A stretch of DNA of 64,000 nt from Candidatus Omnitrophota bacterium (GTDB taxonomy: Bacteria > Omnitrophota > Gorgyraeia > Zapsychrales > Zapsychraceae). The DNA lies in the NCBI GenBank assembly GCA_020632515.1, contig JACKFK010000009.1, positions 4,476-68,475 on the forward strand, in the 5' to 3' direction. Under the pieces are notes generated by a model. It saw only the letters and a list, made by a program, of their open reading frames with translations. It had not been told where the DNA came from and did not search any database. Shown here in pieces: positions 35,927 through 46,701 of the stretch; positions within the stretch are counted from its first letter, which is position 1; each line of letters begins with the position of its first letter. A program made the translations under genes and the position numbers.

Positions 35927-36355
35927 ATGGGAGGATTAACATCAAATAAACCAAAGCATTGGAATGAAGCGCAAAATAATGTTTGGCAATGTGTAGAGGA
36001 TCATTGGAATCATTTGATTAATAAAAGAGTGGATGATTTTATCCAATACATTCATGATGATATGGTAGGTTATGGTCATGAAAGCCCGATTCCGGTAGAT
36101 AAACCTTGGCTGCATAAATGGGTGGGGTTTTGGACGAAATCTACAGATATAGTTATTTGTGAATTGCGTCCCATTGATATCCGCATTCATGGGGATATTG
36201 CCATTCTCCAATATCTTATCTTCACAATTGAAAAGAATGTTGAGGGTGGTAAGCGGGTTATTCGGCGTTATACTATGACCTGGAAAAAGCAACCAGAGCG
36301 CTGGGTCGTTATTGCCAGCCATAATAATTTGATGGATGAAACCTTGCGGGGATAA
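35927..36355 (+). CDS. NTF2-like (SnoaL/DUF4440-type) protein
   Basis: The size and the terminal pattern (RYTMTWKKQPERWVVIASH) are typical of the fold. The assignment is weak. Confidence 0.35.
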   Translation: MGGLTSNKPKHWNEAQNNVWQCVEDHWNHLINKRVDDFIQYIHDDMVGYGHESPIPVDKPWLHKWVGFWTKSTDIVICELRPIDIRIHGDIAILQYLIFTIEKNVEGGKRVIRRYTMTWKKQPERWVVIASHNNLMDETLRG

Positions 36356-36625
36356 ATCCTTCTTTTCTTTAAATCTTAATAATATTAGACTTAAATATTA
36401 TTTTCTTATTCTTTTTTTGTCTATAATTCCGTAAATCATTATATTTCAGTGGTTTATCGAATATCTTTCCTGTTTTCACCCCTTTCCTTTAGTGATCATT
36501 TATGGCATATTTACAGTGTAGAATTGAGTATTTGCTTGTAGGTATTAATTGTAACCCTTTGAAATTCTTAATAGTAAAGGATTTTTGCATTTTGACCAGC
36601 AAAATGACAAAAATAGATTATTGGT

Positions 36626-39600
36626 ATGTTTCACCGGACATCTTACAAATTAGTTGCACTAGTTGTAGTTTTAGTTGGGCTATTGATCAGCAACTCTACA
36701 GCCAATCCAACATTGGAATTCAATTCTAAATCGAATTATTCGTTTACCGCTCCATATGAAAAAGTTTCTTTAGATGTTTTAAACAGTATACATACCTATG
36801 CTGTCAGTTTTCATAAATTATCGTATATTTATCTAGAAGATATAGCGGTCAATTTATTAGATGCCAAATTAGCAGATTCTAATAAATTGCAGATTATCGC
36901 TCGTAGAAGTGCTCTGCCAGATGAAGTTTACCAATCGGATATTTCCAAAATAACAGCTGATTCTAGCTTGGTTGATTCAAAGGATAGAACTGTTTTGAAG
37001 AAAAACACGAAACGCGGATTAAATTTTCTTAAAACTAATTCTAAAGATGATCATCCTGAGTCCGCAGAAATGTTTGCGCAAGATAGGGAAGTAAAGATAC
37101 TATCGGATTCAGTGCAAGATGTAAATTCAGAAATAGAGATAAATAAACCGCAACAACTTGTCTTTGAATCTACCCAATCAAAAACAATAGCCGGATCATT
37201 GAAGGTTCAGCGAAAGAAAGTCGGAATTGGGCAGGTTAAAGATACTCAGAGCAGTATTTATGGAATTCAACCCAAAGGAAAACCTGTAAAAATTGGTACA
37301 ACTGTAGATGGAAAGAAATATTTAAAAGATAAATTTATTGTAAAATTTAAAACAACCGGTAAGCATGCGGTTAAATCATGCGCGCAATGCCTTCTTGCGC
37401 ATAAGGAAAAATTTTTAAATCATGTCATGGATCAGTCAGATTCTTTAGATCGGTTAAATCAGAAATATCAAATTAAAAAAGCGCGAAATTTATTCATGAA
37501 CCGGCATGGATTAAATAATGAAGAAGCGAAATATAAACAACAACGGATATTGGCTCAATCGATTGCTGTTCGACCATATCGCAGTAAACGAGCAGAACAA
37601 TTGAAGAAGCCTGCGGAAATTCCAGATCTTACAGCCTCCTATGTTATGGATTTACCAGAAGGTAGCGACATTGAAGAGGTTTGTCGTCAATATTCAAAGG
37701 ATGAGCATGTTGAATACGCGCATCCTGTTTATTTATATTCGACAAGATTAAATCCCAACGACACCTATGCTGATGCGGATCAAGATGGAAATTGGAGCAC
37801 CGGCGCTTACGGGCAATCGTTTGAGGATTTATGGGGAGTTCGACAAATCAAAGCGGAACAAGCTTTTGATATAGAACAAGGTAACGGAGTGATTGTGGCG
37901 GTTGTTGATACAGGTTTAGATTACAATCATCCGGATATAAGTGCAAATGTTTGGTCAAATTCAGGTGAGGTTGTTGATGGGGTTGATAACGACGGGAATG
38001 GTTATATTGATGATATTCGTGGGTTTGATTTTACAACATGCAATGCTTTTGATTTAATTTTTGGTTTTTGCACGTCACCGAAATTAGCTGATAACGATCC
38101 TATGGATGGTAACGGACATGGAACACACGTCTCTGGAACCATTGGCAGTGTTGTTAATAATGCTCAAGGAATTGTTGGTATTGCTCCGCAAGTTCAAATT
38201 ATGCCGTTGCGTTCATTAAATGATCAAGGGCTTGGGACTATTGATGAATTAGCCGAGGGGATTGTATATGCGGCTATCAATGGGGCTGACGTCATTAATA
38301 ATAGTTGGGGAGGGCCTTGTTTAGAAGCGCCATTTTCTGATCCAACGGCAGAGGCTGCGGTGGATACTGCGTTTGGTTTAGGTGTGGTGGTGGTTTTTGC
38401 TGCAGGTAACGAAACGGAAGATACAGAGTGTCATAGCCCGCAGAATATGAGTGAAACAATTACGGTGGCGGCAAGCACGACAGCGAATATGAAAGCGGAC
38501 TTTTCTAATTTTGGAGGTGAGTTAACGGTGAGCGCTCCTGGTGTGGATATTTTGTCGTTAAATGCCCAAGGAGGAAATAATACAATTGCGCTGACATCTC
38601 CTGAGTTGGTCGTTGATACAGATTATTTATTATTAGAAGGAACTTCAATGGCTTCCCCGCATGTAGCTGGTGTGGCCGCGTTAATTTTAGGGCAGCATCC
38701 CGAGTTAACAAATGTTCAGGTTAAATTAGCGTTGCAAGGAACAGCAGATGATATTGATGCTCCTGGATTTGACGAAAACACAGGATTTGGGTTAGTCAAT
38801 GCCTTGGAGGCTGTAACGCTTGATCGAGTGAAGCCAGTGATTGCAACCATTGGTGATAAAACTACGGATTCAGAAACCTTATTACAATTTACGGTAACTG
38901 CGTCAGATCCTAATAGTGATACTATAAATTTAAACGCGCGACTCAGTGATTCTAGCGCTTTAAGTACAATTGGAGCGGCATTTACCGATAATGGGGATGA
39001 TACGGGAACTTTTAGCTGGACACCATCATCGGCGCAACAAGGAATTGATTTTGCTATTGTGTTTACTGCGACAGATAGTCCAGATGGATTTTCTGATACA
39101 GAAACTATTACAATTACTGTTAACTCAACAACTCCTGTTTGTGGTAATGGTACAGTTGAAACTGGCGAAGAATGTGATGACGGCAACACTACGAGTGGAG
39201 ATGGTTGCTCAAGTATTTGTATTCAGGAGTTTACTTGTGGCGATGGGGTTTTGGAGGTTGGCGAACAATGTGATGATGGTAATACATCTGTTGGTGATGG
39301 ATGTAATGATAATTGTCAATTGGAGGTTTGTGGTAACGGGACAGTAGATTTTGGTGAAGAGTGTGATGATGGCAACACTTCTGCTGGGGATGGGTGTGAT
39401 GATTCATGTTTATCGGAAGTTTGCGGCAATGGCCGGGTAGATTTTGGAGAAGAGTGTGATGATAGTAATACAACCGCAGGAGATGGATGTTCAGCGTCAT
39501 GTACGATTGAAGTTTGCGGTAACGGGACAGTAGATTTTGGTGAAGAATGTGATGATGGTAATACAACATCCGGTGATGGCTGTACAAATCTTTGTCAGGA

Positions 39601-39979
39601 TGAATTTTGTGGAGATGGTACGGTCAATAATGGATCTGAGCAATGTGACGATGGTAATACATCTTCAGGAGATGGATGTTCATCAGCGTGTACCATCGAA
39701 GTTTGTGGTAATGGCACAGTTGATTTTGGCGAAGAATGTGATGATGGTAATACAGCCTCAGGTGATGGGTGTTCGTCCTCGTGTATAACTGAAGAATGTG
39801 GTAATCAAATTATCGATCCGGGTGAAGTTTGTGATGATGGTAATACTAATGAAGTGGATGGATGTACAAATAGTTGTCAAATCGGTCCGGTTTGCGGAAA
39901 TGGTCAATGTCAATCCGGCGAAACCTTCCTTAATTGCTTTCAAGATTGTGTGCCTTTTCGTTTTATTCCTCTAAATTAA
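36626..39979 (+). CDS. Secreted S8 subtilisin-like protease with an Ig-like domain and a C-terminal array of cysteine-rich repeats
   Basis: The catalytic residues are Asp (VAVVDTGLDYNHPD), His (GNGHGTHVSGTIG) and Ser (GTSMASPHVAGVAA). A signal peptide is present. Confidence 0.85.
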   Translation: MFHRTSYKLVALVVVLVGLLISNSTANPTLEFNSKSNYSFTAPYEKVSLDVLNSIHTYAVSFHKLSYIYLEDIAVNLLDAKLADSNKLQIIARRSALPDEVYQSDISKITADSSLVDSKDRTVLKKNTKRGLNFLKTNSKDDHPESAEMFAQDREVKILSDSVQDVNSEIEINKPQQLVFESTQSKTIAGSLKVQRKKVGIGQVKDTQSSIYGIQPKGKPVKIGTTVDGKKYLKDKFIVKFKTTGKHAVKSCAQCLLAHKEKFLNHVMDQSDSLDRLNQKYQIKKARNLFMNRHGLNNEEAKYKQQRILAQSIAVRPYRSKRAEQLKKPAEIPDLTASYVMDLPEGSDIEEVCRQYSKDEHVEYAHPVYLYSTRLNPNDTYADADQDGNWSTGAYGQSFEDLWGVRQIKAEQAFDIEQGNGVIVAVVDTGLDYNHPDISANVWSNSGEVVDGVDNDGNGYIDDIRGFDFTTCNAFDLIFGFCTSPKLADNDPMDGNGHGTHVSGTIGSVVNNAQGIVGIAPQVQIMPLRSLNDQGLGTIDELAEGIVYAAINGADVINNSWGGPCLEAPFSDPTAEAAVDTAFGLGVVVVFAAGNETEDTECHSPQNMSETITVAASTTANMKADFSNFGGELTVSAPGVDILSLNAQGGNNTIALTSPELVVDTDYLLLEGTSMASPHVAGVAALILGQHPELTNVQVKLALQGTADDIDAPGFDENTGFGLVNALEAVTLDRVKPVIATIGDKTTDSETLLQFTVTASDPNSDTINLNARLSDSSALSTIGAAFTDNGDDTGTFSWTPSSAQQGIDFAIVFTATDSPDGFSDTETITITVNSTTPVCGNGTVETGEECDDGNTTSGDGCSSICIQEFTCGDGVLEVGEQCDDGNTSVGDGCNDNCQLEVCGNGTVDFGEECDDGNTSAGDGCDDSCLSEVCGNGRVDFGEECDDSNTTAGDGCSASCTIEVCGNGTVDFGEECDDGNTTSGDGCTNLCQDEFCGDGTVNNGSEQCDDGNTSSGDGCSSACTIEVCGNGTVDFGEECDDGNTASGDGCSSSCITEECGNQIIDPGEVCDDGNTNEVDGCTNSCQIGPVCGNGQCQSGETFLNCFQDCVPFRFIPLN
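39139..39891 (+). repeat. Eight tandem ~31-aa cysteine-rich repeats (Myxococcus-type CGNG..GE.CDDGN...GDGC...C), plus one degenerate unit after them
   Basis: The units read CGNGTVDFGEECDDGNTSAGDGCDDSCLSEV and variants, with a period of 93-96 nt inside the protease CDS. Confidence 0.85.
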
Positions 39980-40130
39980 AATAGATTCTAACAATTTTTT
40001 GAATTGCGCAATCGCACTTTCTTTGCTTATCAAATATAATTCTTTCTGATAACTTAACTGTAAATTCTTCAATAAAATATTGCTGGAGCGACGAAGTAAA
40101 CTATAATGTTATTCAGGAATATTATACTAT

Positions 40131-41264
40131 ATGAATAAATATATCTTTTTTACAATTCACCTTGTTATATTTTTCTTGCAGGCAGGTTTTGTTTATGCCG
40201 ATTTTTATCCAGGTATGCAGCGACGACAAAAAATGGAAGCGGTGGCAAATAGTTTGAATATGATTGAGCATCGGCAAGAGCGGATTGTAAAAGAGAAGAT
40301 GAAAGAAGATCAGAGCGAGCGAGAAGCGTATCTTGAAAAAATTAATCGTCGTGATGCGCAGGAAAATGTTGCCGACCGTTTAGCCGAGTCTAAAATTTAT
40401 CGCCCCCCAAACAAACGTTCCCCAAATCCTTTAGTCAAAAATAAACCGCCCCGCCGTAAAGATGGCACAGCTCGCGAATATGATCCGGAAAGTCATTTTG
40501 AAGTTGGGTTAGAACATTCATATATCCGGTATAAAGAACCAAATGTGATGAAAGAAAAAGGCCATATGACGGGTTTGTTTGCGGTATATACATACAAACG
40601 CAGTGATAATGATCATATTAAGAAGTTGGAAGATTTAGAACGGTATGATAATTGGCCGAATTTTTATCGAATTGATGGGAAGGTTAGTTGGGGGCAGGTG
40701 GACTATGACTCGCAAGGTACAGGTTCTTTAGATGGCGTTGATGATACCATGGCGGAAATGCGGGCTGTTGCGGGATATGATCTGCCTATTTTTAAAAATA
40801 TTGAATTCGCGCCTTATGTGGGTGCCGGATACCGGTATTTATTTGATGATTTGCGGGGGGTAACAACCACAGGTGCCATTGGATTCCGTCGGGAAGCAAA
40901 TTATGTGTATGCTCCGATTGGGTTCGATATTGAACAACGGCTAAAACGCGGATGGTCTTTAGGTGTAAATTTGGAATATGACTATTTATTTTACGGCAGA
41001 CAGCGCAGTAAACTTGGAGATGTTGATCCTGGGTTAAACACGGTAACAAATAGACAACGGGATGGTTTTGGTTTGCGCGGTTCGTTTAAGATTATTAATG
41101 TCAGTGATATGTGGGATTTTTATTTCGAGCCTTTTGTACGTTATTGGAATATTAATGATTCTGATACATCGCTGATTATTTTCAATGGAACACCCATTGG
41201 CCTTGGGCAGGAACCAACCAATAATTCTACCGAATACGGTTTTAAAGTCGGCGCGCGATTTTAA
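40131..41264 (+). CDS. Outer-membrane beta-barrel protein with a charged N-terminal extension (paralog of 46827-47684)
   Basis: It has a signal peptide, alternating-hydrophobic strands and a C-terminal ..YGFKVGARF. Blocks shared with the paralog are YKEPNVMKEKG, GQVDYDSQGTG, PYVGAGYRYL and FEPFVRYWNINDSDT. Confidence 0.55.
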   Translation: MNKYIFFTIHLVIFFLQAGFVYADFYPGMQRRQKMEAVANSLNMIEHRQERIVKEKMKEDQSEREAYLEKINRRDAQENVADRLAESKIYRPPNKRSPNPLVKNKPPRRKDGTAREYDPESHFEVGLEHSYIRYKEPNVMKEKGHMTGLFAVYTYKRSDNDHIKKLEDLERYDNWPNFYRIDGKVSWGQVDYDSQGTGSLDGVDDTMAEMRAVAGYDLPIFKNIEFAPYVGAGYRYLFDDLRGVTTTGAIGFRREANYVYAPIGFDIEQRLKRGWSLGVNLEYDYLFYGRQRSKLGDVDPGLNTVTNRQRDGFGLRGSFKIINVSDMWDFYFEPFVRYWNINDSDTSLIIFNGTPIGLGQEPTNNSTEYGFKVGARF

Positions 41265-41324
41265 GGATAAACAATCGACCAGCCGATATAACGACTATTT
41301 CCCATTAAAGACAATGAAGGTTAC

Positions 41325-43568
41325 ATGAAAAAGCGACGAGATAATACTGAATTGATCTGCAGTATCGGCGAATTGGCTGGATTATTCACTGATACAACGG
41401 GGCTTGAGAATTTTTTACAAAAAACTGTGACGATGATCGCTCAACACATGCATTCTTCCGTTTGCTCAATTTATCTCTACGATGACAGCTCTCAATTATT
41501 AACGCTTTATGCGACGTATGGTCTAAATCAGAAAGTTATTAAGAACGTTCAATTACGTTTGGGGGAGGGGTTAACAGGTTTGTGTTTGAAAGAATTGCGT
41601 CCGATTTGTGAACAGCAAGCTAGTAAAAATTTAAATTTTAAATATTTTTCAGGTCTTGGTGAAGAAAAATTCGAATCTTTTTTAGCAGTGCCGATTAATC
41701 GTGGAGCCAATCGTATTGGAGCGATGGTTATTCAAAATAAAGAAAAGGATTTCTTTACGGATGTTGATGTGAATACGTTAAGAGCTATTTCAATACAGTT
41801 AGTCAATACGATAGAAATGGCACGATTAATGATGTTGCTAAGTACGCCCAAAACTCTTCCTGTTAAAAAATTTAATATTGAAGATTTACGCTTTCTAAAA
41901 GGGCGAGTTGGCGCTGTTGGGTATGCGTATGCCAAAGGAGCTGTTTTTCAAGATGATAAACAGTGGTCGCAAATGTTTGATGATGTAGAGATTAAAAATT
42001 TCACGTTAAAGGAATTTCATCAGGCGTTGAAAGTTACGGAGAAACAGATTGATGACCTGCAGAAAGACGTTGAAGAAAAGCTCGCTGATGTCGCGTCATT
42101 AATTTTTTCTGCCCAGATATTGATGCTTAAAGATCAGGCTTTTATTTCATTAATAGAGGAAAAAATCGCTCAGGGGATAAATCCACCATTTGCTGTGGCC
42201 AGTGTGGTTGATGACTATGCGGATAAGTTTTTAAAGATTGAAGATGATTATATTCGGGAGAAAAGTTTGGATATTCGGGATGTTGGTGTGCGGATAGTGG
42301 CTAATTTACTCGGGGGGCAGCATAAGCCGGGAGCGGTTAAGAATAAAATTGTAATCGCGCGGGAGCTGTTACCGTCAGATGTATTAAAATTTTCTTCCAA
42401 AGATGTCCAAGGGATCATTTTATTAACAGGCGGCACTACCTCGCATGTTAGTATTTTGGCGCAATCTTTAAAAATTCCATTGATTATTGTTTCACGTGGA
42501 GAACTCCTTGAGATGCCTGGAGATATAGATATTCTCATGGACGCGGATCAAGGGAATATTTATCTTAATCCAAATAAAGATATTTTAAAGAGTTTTGCTG
42601 AGAAGGAGGCTGCAAAAAGAACTAAAGTTTCGGTGAAAGCAAAGACGTTGACTAAAGATGGACAGTTGGTTCAATTGTACGCGAATATTAACCTTTTGGG
42701 TGATTTGCAAACTGCGCGAGTGTTTAAAGCTCAAGGTATCGGCCTTTACCGGAGTGAATTTCCATTTATTATTCGTAATAGTTTTCCCTCGGAAGAAGAG
42801 CAATTTGTGATTTATAATAAATTAGTCGAAGGTATGCCGGGGAAAGAAATAACATTTCGAACATTGGATATTGGTGGAGATAAGGTTTTGTCGTATTTTG
42901 AGCAGCATAGTAAGGAAAATAATCCGTTTCTTGGTATGCGTTCGATTCGTTTTTCTTTAGCTCACCAGGATGTTTTTGCTCAACAGTTACGCGCAATATT
43001 ACGTGCAGGCGCGCAGGCGCCCTTGCGCATTATGTTCCCGATGATCTCATCAGTGGATGAATTTGTGCAGGCACGACAATTGGCCCGGGATTGTATTGAT
43101 CAATTAATGATTGAAGGAAAAATATGTCAGCAGCAACCATTGTTTGGGTTGATGTTGGAATTACCATCTGTTATAGAAATTATCGATGCGCTGGCGGCAG
43201 AAGCGGATTTTTTTAGTATAGGAACAAATGATTTTATTCAATATATGTTAGCGGTTGATCGAACCAATGAGAAGATTGCAAATCTTTATAAGCCGTATCA
43301 TCCTTCAATTCTTCGTTCTTTTAAACGTATTGTTCAATCCGTACTGCTTAAAACAGATGATATTTCTGTTTGCGGAGATATGGCGCAGGATTTAAAATAT
43401 TTAGCTTTTTTTATTGGAATTGGAATTCGTAAATTTAGTATTAATCCTTCCTTTATTCCCCGTGTTCAAGCTAAGATTGAAACGATTGAGCTTGGAGAGG
43501 CTCAGCGTTTTGCGCAAAAAGCCTTATCTGCTTCCAGTTTTAGTGAAATAGAACGATTATTTATCTAA
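41325..43568 (+). CDS. ptsP: GAF-domain phosphoenolpyruvate-protein phosphotransferase (EI-Ntr type)
   Basis: An N-terminal GAF domain is followed by the phospho-His region (GGTTSHVSILAQSLKIPLI) and a PEP-utilizer TIM barrel (GLYRSEF, FFSIGTNDFIQY). Confidence 0.85.
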   Translation: MKKRRDNTELICSIGELAGLFTDTTGLENFLQKTVTMIAQHMHSSVCSIYLYDDSSQLLTLYATYGLNQKVIKNVQLRLGEGLTGLCLKELRPICEQQASKNLNFKYFSGLGEEKFESFLAVPINRGANRIGAMVIQNKEKDFFTDVDVNTLRAISIQLVNTIEMARLMMLLSTPKTLPVKKFNIEDLRFLKGRVGAVGYAYAKGAVFQDDKQWSQMFDDVEIKNFTLKEFHQALKVTEKQIDDLQKDVEEKLADVASLIFSAQILMLKDQAFISLIEEKIAQGINPPFAVASVVDDYADKFLKIEDDYIREKSLDIRDVGVRIVANLLGGQHKPGAVKNKIVIARELLPSDVLKFSSKDVQGIILLTGGTTSHVSILAQSLKIPLIIVSRGELLEMPGDIDILMDADQGNIYLNPNKDILKSFAEKEAAKRTKVSVKAKTLTKDGQLVQLYANINLLGDLQTARVFKAQGIGLYRSEFPFIIRNSFPSEEEQFVIYNKLVEGMPGKEITFRTLDIGGDKVLSYFEQHSKENNPFLGMRSIRFSLAHQDVFAQQLRAILRAGAQAPLRIMFPMISSVDEFVQARQLARDCIDQLMIEGKICQQQPLFGLMLELPSVIEIIDALAAEADFFSIGTNDFIQYMLAVDRTNEKIANLYKPYHPSILRSFKRIVQSVLLKTDDISVCGDMAQDLKYLAFFIGIGIRKFSINPSFIPRVQAKIETIELGEAQRFAQKALSASSFSEIERLFI

Positions 43569-43572
43569 ACTT

Positions 43573-45219
43573 TTAAAGAGCTTCCTTTAGTTTAAGGACT
43601 TTGAAGGTAGGGGTTTGAGTAATCGCTATGTAGTTTTGTTCAATCCATTCGCGGACTTCATGATATTTAAGTTGATTTGATTTAACCTGCAGTTGAGTTT
43701 TTTCAAAATATGCTGGAAATTCTTTTGGAAGAACGACAAGTTTAGGTTTGTGTGATTGTAAGGCTGTGAGGAAATCGCGGTGCCATTGATCGTTAAACCA
43801 CGATAAAGTGGCTGTGGGAAACCGTCCAACGAAAGGTCTATTTAAAATGAAATTTAAGGCTCCATATTCAGGAAAAAATAATACAGGGTCTTTTGAAGTG
43901 GTGTAGTGATTAACGATGTGATGTAATTGTTCTAAGTCTTCAGCCTGTGTTAAGGGTAAGCGCATGCCTTTAATTCTGGGGAGTTGCATTTCTTTGGAAT
44001 TTTCATCTGAAAAGGGTTTTAAAGTTTGCACATCTTTTTGTTGAAGTAGATATTTTCCGTATTGGTAGCTATAGAATCGTCGATTAAATCTAGTCAGCGG
44101 AAAGGCAATGGAAGATATAAGAATTCCTAGTAAAGCAAAACGGACAAGGAATGTTTGAAAATTAACGCTTTTTTTCTCCGCGATATATTTTTCTCCAAGA
44201 AAGAACATCCTTTCTACGATGATAAAGAGAATAATTTTTTCCGGCTGTAACATCATTTCAAAGTTGCTTGACCATATATTACGAAATGATGTTATGAAAA
44301 GGATAAAACCGTAGATTGCCACGGGGATGGCGGCCAGATCTTTTTGCTCCAATTCTTTTTGTTTGAATTTTTTGAAGAAAAGAAGAGTAAAAAACAGATA
44401 AGCATAAAGAGGTGTTAGGTGGCGAAAGTTTTTGTTCACCGGATTGATTAGGGCTGTCAAAACTTGCCATAGGTTTGCGGGGGCTGATTCCACTTGCGGG
44501 AAGGTTTTTGCCATACCTAATAAAACACCGATATTGGAATCGATCATCGGAATCAAGGCGTGATTTATTTTTAAGTAGATAAGAAAAGGAAGTGTGAAAA
44601 TAAAAGTCCATCCAATAAATTTTGGTAACTCTTTTTTGGCGATAAGCAAAAGAGTCAACGCTATGGCCAGGCCTGCGGCAAAGCCAATTTCCAGACTTGT
44701 TAATATGCTGATGCTGACTGCTAAAGCAGCGCCATAGAACCATCCTCTATATTTTGATTGATAAAATTTGAGTATGCAATAAATGCTCAATAATCCAATA
44801 GCAAAGCGAAATCCCCCCCAATAAGTAAAAACCACGCGAGGAAAAGTTTTGGCTGCTAAAACTAAGGAAAACAAATAGAGGAAGAGTCTGGTTTGCAAAA
44901 GTTCTTTAGCGATCAATAAACAGATTAATAAGGTTAAAAGGGTTCCAATATAAAAGTAGATAGAAAGAATTGTTAGATTTGTAGCAAAGATTTTCATAAG
45001 AAGGGCAGGGATATAAATTTCAATAGGTCCACGCAGATGAAAAATGTCTCGAAATAATTGCCCCCCTTTTAATATTGTTTCAATTCCAGGTAAATATAAA
45101 CCAACTTCAAATAAGTTGATTTCTCCATATAAGAAAAAGGGTTGCCATGTAATCCATATAATAAAGGTAGAGAGGATTGCTATATCGAGATTGTTTGAGC
45201 GGGTAGATAAGTTTTTCAT
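43573..45219 (-). CDS. Polytopic membrane protein with a C-terminal soluble domain (possibly GT-C-like)
   Basis: It has about 11 predicted TM helices followed by a ~170-aa hydrophilic tail. No motif was recognised. Confidence 0.35.
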   Translation of the reverse strand: MKNLSTRSNNLDIAILSTFIIWITWQPFFLYGEINLFEVGLYLPGIETILKGGQLFRDIFHLRGPIEIYIPALLMKIFATNLTILSIYFYIGTLLTLLICLLIAKELLQTRLFLYLFSLVLAAKTFPRVVFTYWGGFRFAIGLLSIYCILKFYQSKYRGWFYGAALAVSISILTSLEIGFAAGLAIALTLLLIAKKELPKFIGWTFIFTLPFLIYLKINHALIPMIDSNIGVLLGMAKTFPQVESAPANLWQVLTALINPVNKNFRHLTPLYAYLFFTLLFFKKFKQKELEQKDLAAIPVAIYGFILFITSFRNIWSSNFEMMLQPEKIILFIIVERMFFLGEKYIAEKKSVNFQTFLVRFALLGILISSIAFPLTRFNRRFYSYQYGKYLLQQKDVQTLKPFSDENSKEMQLPRIKGMRLPLTQAEDLEQLHHIVNHYTTSKDPVLFFPEYGALNFILNRPFVGRFPTATLSWFNDQWHRDFLTALQSHKPKLVVLPKEFPAYFEKTQLQVKSNQLKYHEVREWIEQNYIAITQTPTFKVLKLKEAL

Positions 45220-45472
45220 TACTTCATAATATCATGAAAAATGATGTGTGGAATTGAAAATTATGAAAAAATCGGGTTTATTTATAGGTAATTTACCTTA
45301 AATTACCTAGTCAGTCTAGGACGGCGCAGGGTTGTCCTCTTGAAAAAAATGTATTATCGTGCATACTTGTGTATATTATTAAATTTGTTTTTTAATCAAT
45401 AAATGACGATTTATGTACAATAACGTTCATAAATATTTCTGTAGGTTAAATATTCAAAAAGGAGAAAAGAGG

Positions 45473-45901
45473 ATGTACAAATTAAAATTAACTGTTTTAG
45501 CACTAATTTCTTTGGCTGTTTTAAATACAGGTTGTTCTGTATTTATGGCTGCTAAGCAACCTGAGAAGAAAAATTTAAAGGTGCTTTCTTTGGGTACTCC
45601 GAGAACTCATGTAATCGCGGAGTTAGGGGCTCCTGAATATTCTGAAGAAAAAAATGGTATTAAAGTTGATATTTTCTCATTTCAGCAAGGGTATAGTAAG
45701 GGGGCTAAAGTTGGTAGAGCTTTTTTTCATGGAACAGCTGATATTTTTAGTTTAGGTTTATGGGAGGTTATTGGTACCCCAGTTGAAGCCATTGCTGATG
45801 GGAAGCAAATGAAAATTGAAATTATTTATGATGAAGATGATAAGGTTGTAGAAACTAAATATCTTCATGAGGAATTAAAACAGAGTAAAGTTGAAAATTA
45901 A
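45473..45901 (+). CDS. Lipoprotein, weakly BamE/SmpA-like
   Basis: It has the lipobox LNTGCS, and LSLGTPRTHVIAELGAPEY resembles the BamE motif. An RBS (AGGAGAAAAGAGG) precedes the ATG at 45473. Confidence 0.45.
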   Translation: MYKLKLTVLALISLAVLNTGCSVFMAAKQPEKKNLKVLSLGTPRTHVIAELGAPEYSEEKNGIKVDIFSFQQGYSKGAKVGRAFFHGTADIFSLGLWEVIGTPVEAIADGKQMKIEIIYDEDDKVVETKYLHEELKQSKVEN

Positions 45902-45925
45902 TTTTAAATTAGAAAGGTGAATTAA

Positions 45926-46306
45926 ATGAAAGTATTTTCAATTACAATTTTGTTATTTGTATTTTTCTTTTCAGGATGCGCAACTATGCCACAACGTCCA
46001 GAACAAAAAGAATCAATCATAATTGAAAAAAGTTTGAAAGAAGCAAAGCAGTTAGCATTAGACTCTCTTATTGTTAATGGTTTTGAACTTCAAGAAGAAA
46101 CAGATAATTATATTCAAGGTAAACGACCTAATAAAATAGGTTTTTTTGTTGGTTCAGGCGGAGAAACAATTGGTATATGGTTAGAATCAATAAGTGAAGA
46201 TAAGACGAGCGTATTAATTAAAAATAAAAAATCTTTTGTCGGCTATGTTGGGCAGCAGAATTGGGAACGGGAGATTAGAAAAGAAATGTTGGGAGTCAAT
46301 GAATAA
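45926..46306 (+). CDS. Lipoprotein, hypothetical
   Basis: It has a signal peptide with the lipobox FFFSGC. Confidence 0.45.
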   Translation: MKVFSITILLFVFFFSGCATMPQRPEQKESIIIEKSLKEAKQLALDSLIVNGFELQEETDNYIQGKRPNKIGFFVGSGGETIGIWLESISEDKTSVLIKNKKSFVGYVGQQNWEREIRKEMLGVNE

Positions 46307-46691
46307 TAATCTAGTGGTAAATATATATAGAAAGAATCGATTCATATATACAGTAGTGCTTTTATTAACAATGATTTCTTGTGCGTCATCGCAGAGTCGG
46401 TATGTTTTGTTAGAGCAGAGGTATGTTCCTTTGTCTGCAGATTTTGAAATTAAAGTTTATAAAGACTCTTTACCAGAAAAGAAATTCAAAAGAGTTTCTC
46501 GGCTTGATGTGCATCTAGAGAAAAGTCATTTTGTTTCATCAGATCTTGATAATGCCTTACCGCTTTTAAAAAAGGAAGCAAGAATGTCTGGAGCTCACGC
46601 AATTATTGATATTAAAGAGAGAAGATCTGCTGTTTTAGAAACAAAAATTTACCATGTTACTGCAACAGGAATTAGATTTTTAGAAGAATAA
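46299..46691 (+). CDS. Lipoprotein, hypothetical
   Basis: It has the lipobox TMISCA, and its ATG overlaps the upstream stop. The motif SGAHAIIDI is typical of small lipoprotein beta-domains. Confidence 0.45.
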   Translation: MNNNLVVNIYRKNRFIYTVVLLLTMISCASSQSRYVLLEQRYVPLSADFEIKVYKDSLPEKKFKRVSRLDVHLEKSHFVSSDLDNALPLLKKEARMSGAHAIIDIKERRSAVLETKIYHVTATGIRFLEE

Positions 46692-46701
46692 TATTGTTTT
46701 G

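Noticed and set aside
36502-36729. Tracked ORF upstream of and overlapping the subtilase start.
   Set aside because: It has no recognisable motif and overlaps the signal-peptide region of the protease in another frame within AT-rich sequence.
38505-39943. Several overlapping ORFs on both strands lie within the cysteine-rich repeat region (38716-39189, 38970-39347, 39231-39587, 39537-39788, 39758-39943).
   Set aside because: They are frame artefacts of a tandemly repeated, stop-poor coding sequence. Only the protease frame gives a coherent domain repeat.
41325-43568. PtsP could indicate a sugar phosphotransferase system locus.
   Set aside because: There are no HPr, EIIA, EIIB or EIIC genes in the window. 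The GAF-EI architecture is the regulatory nitrogen-PTS type.
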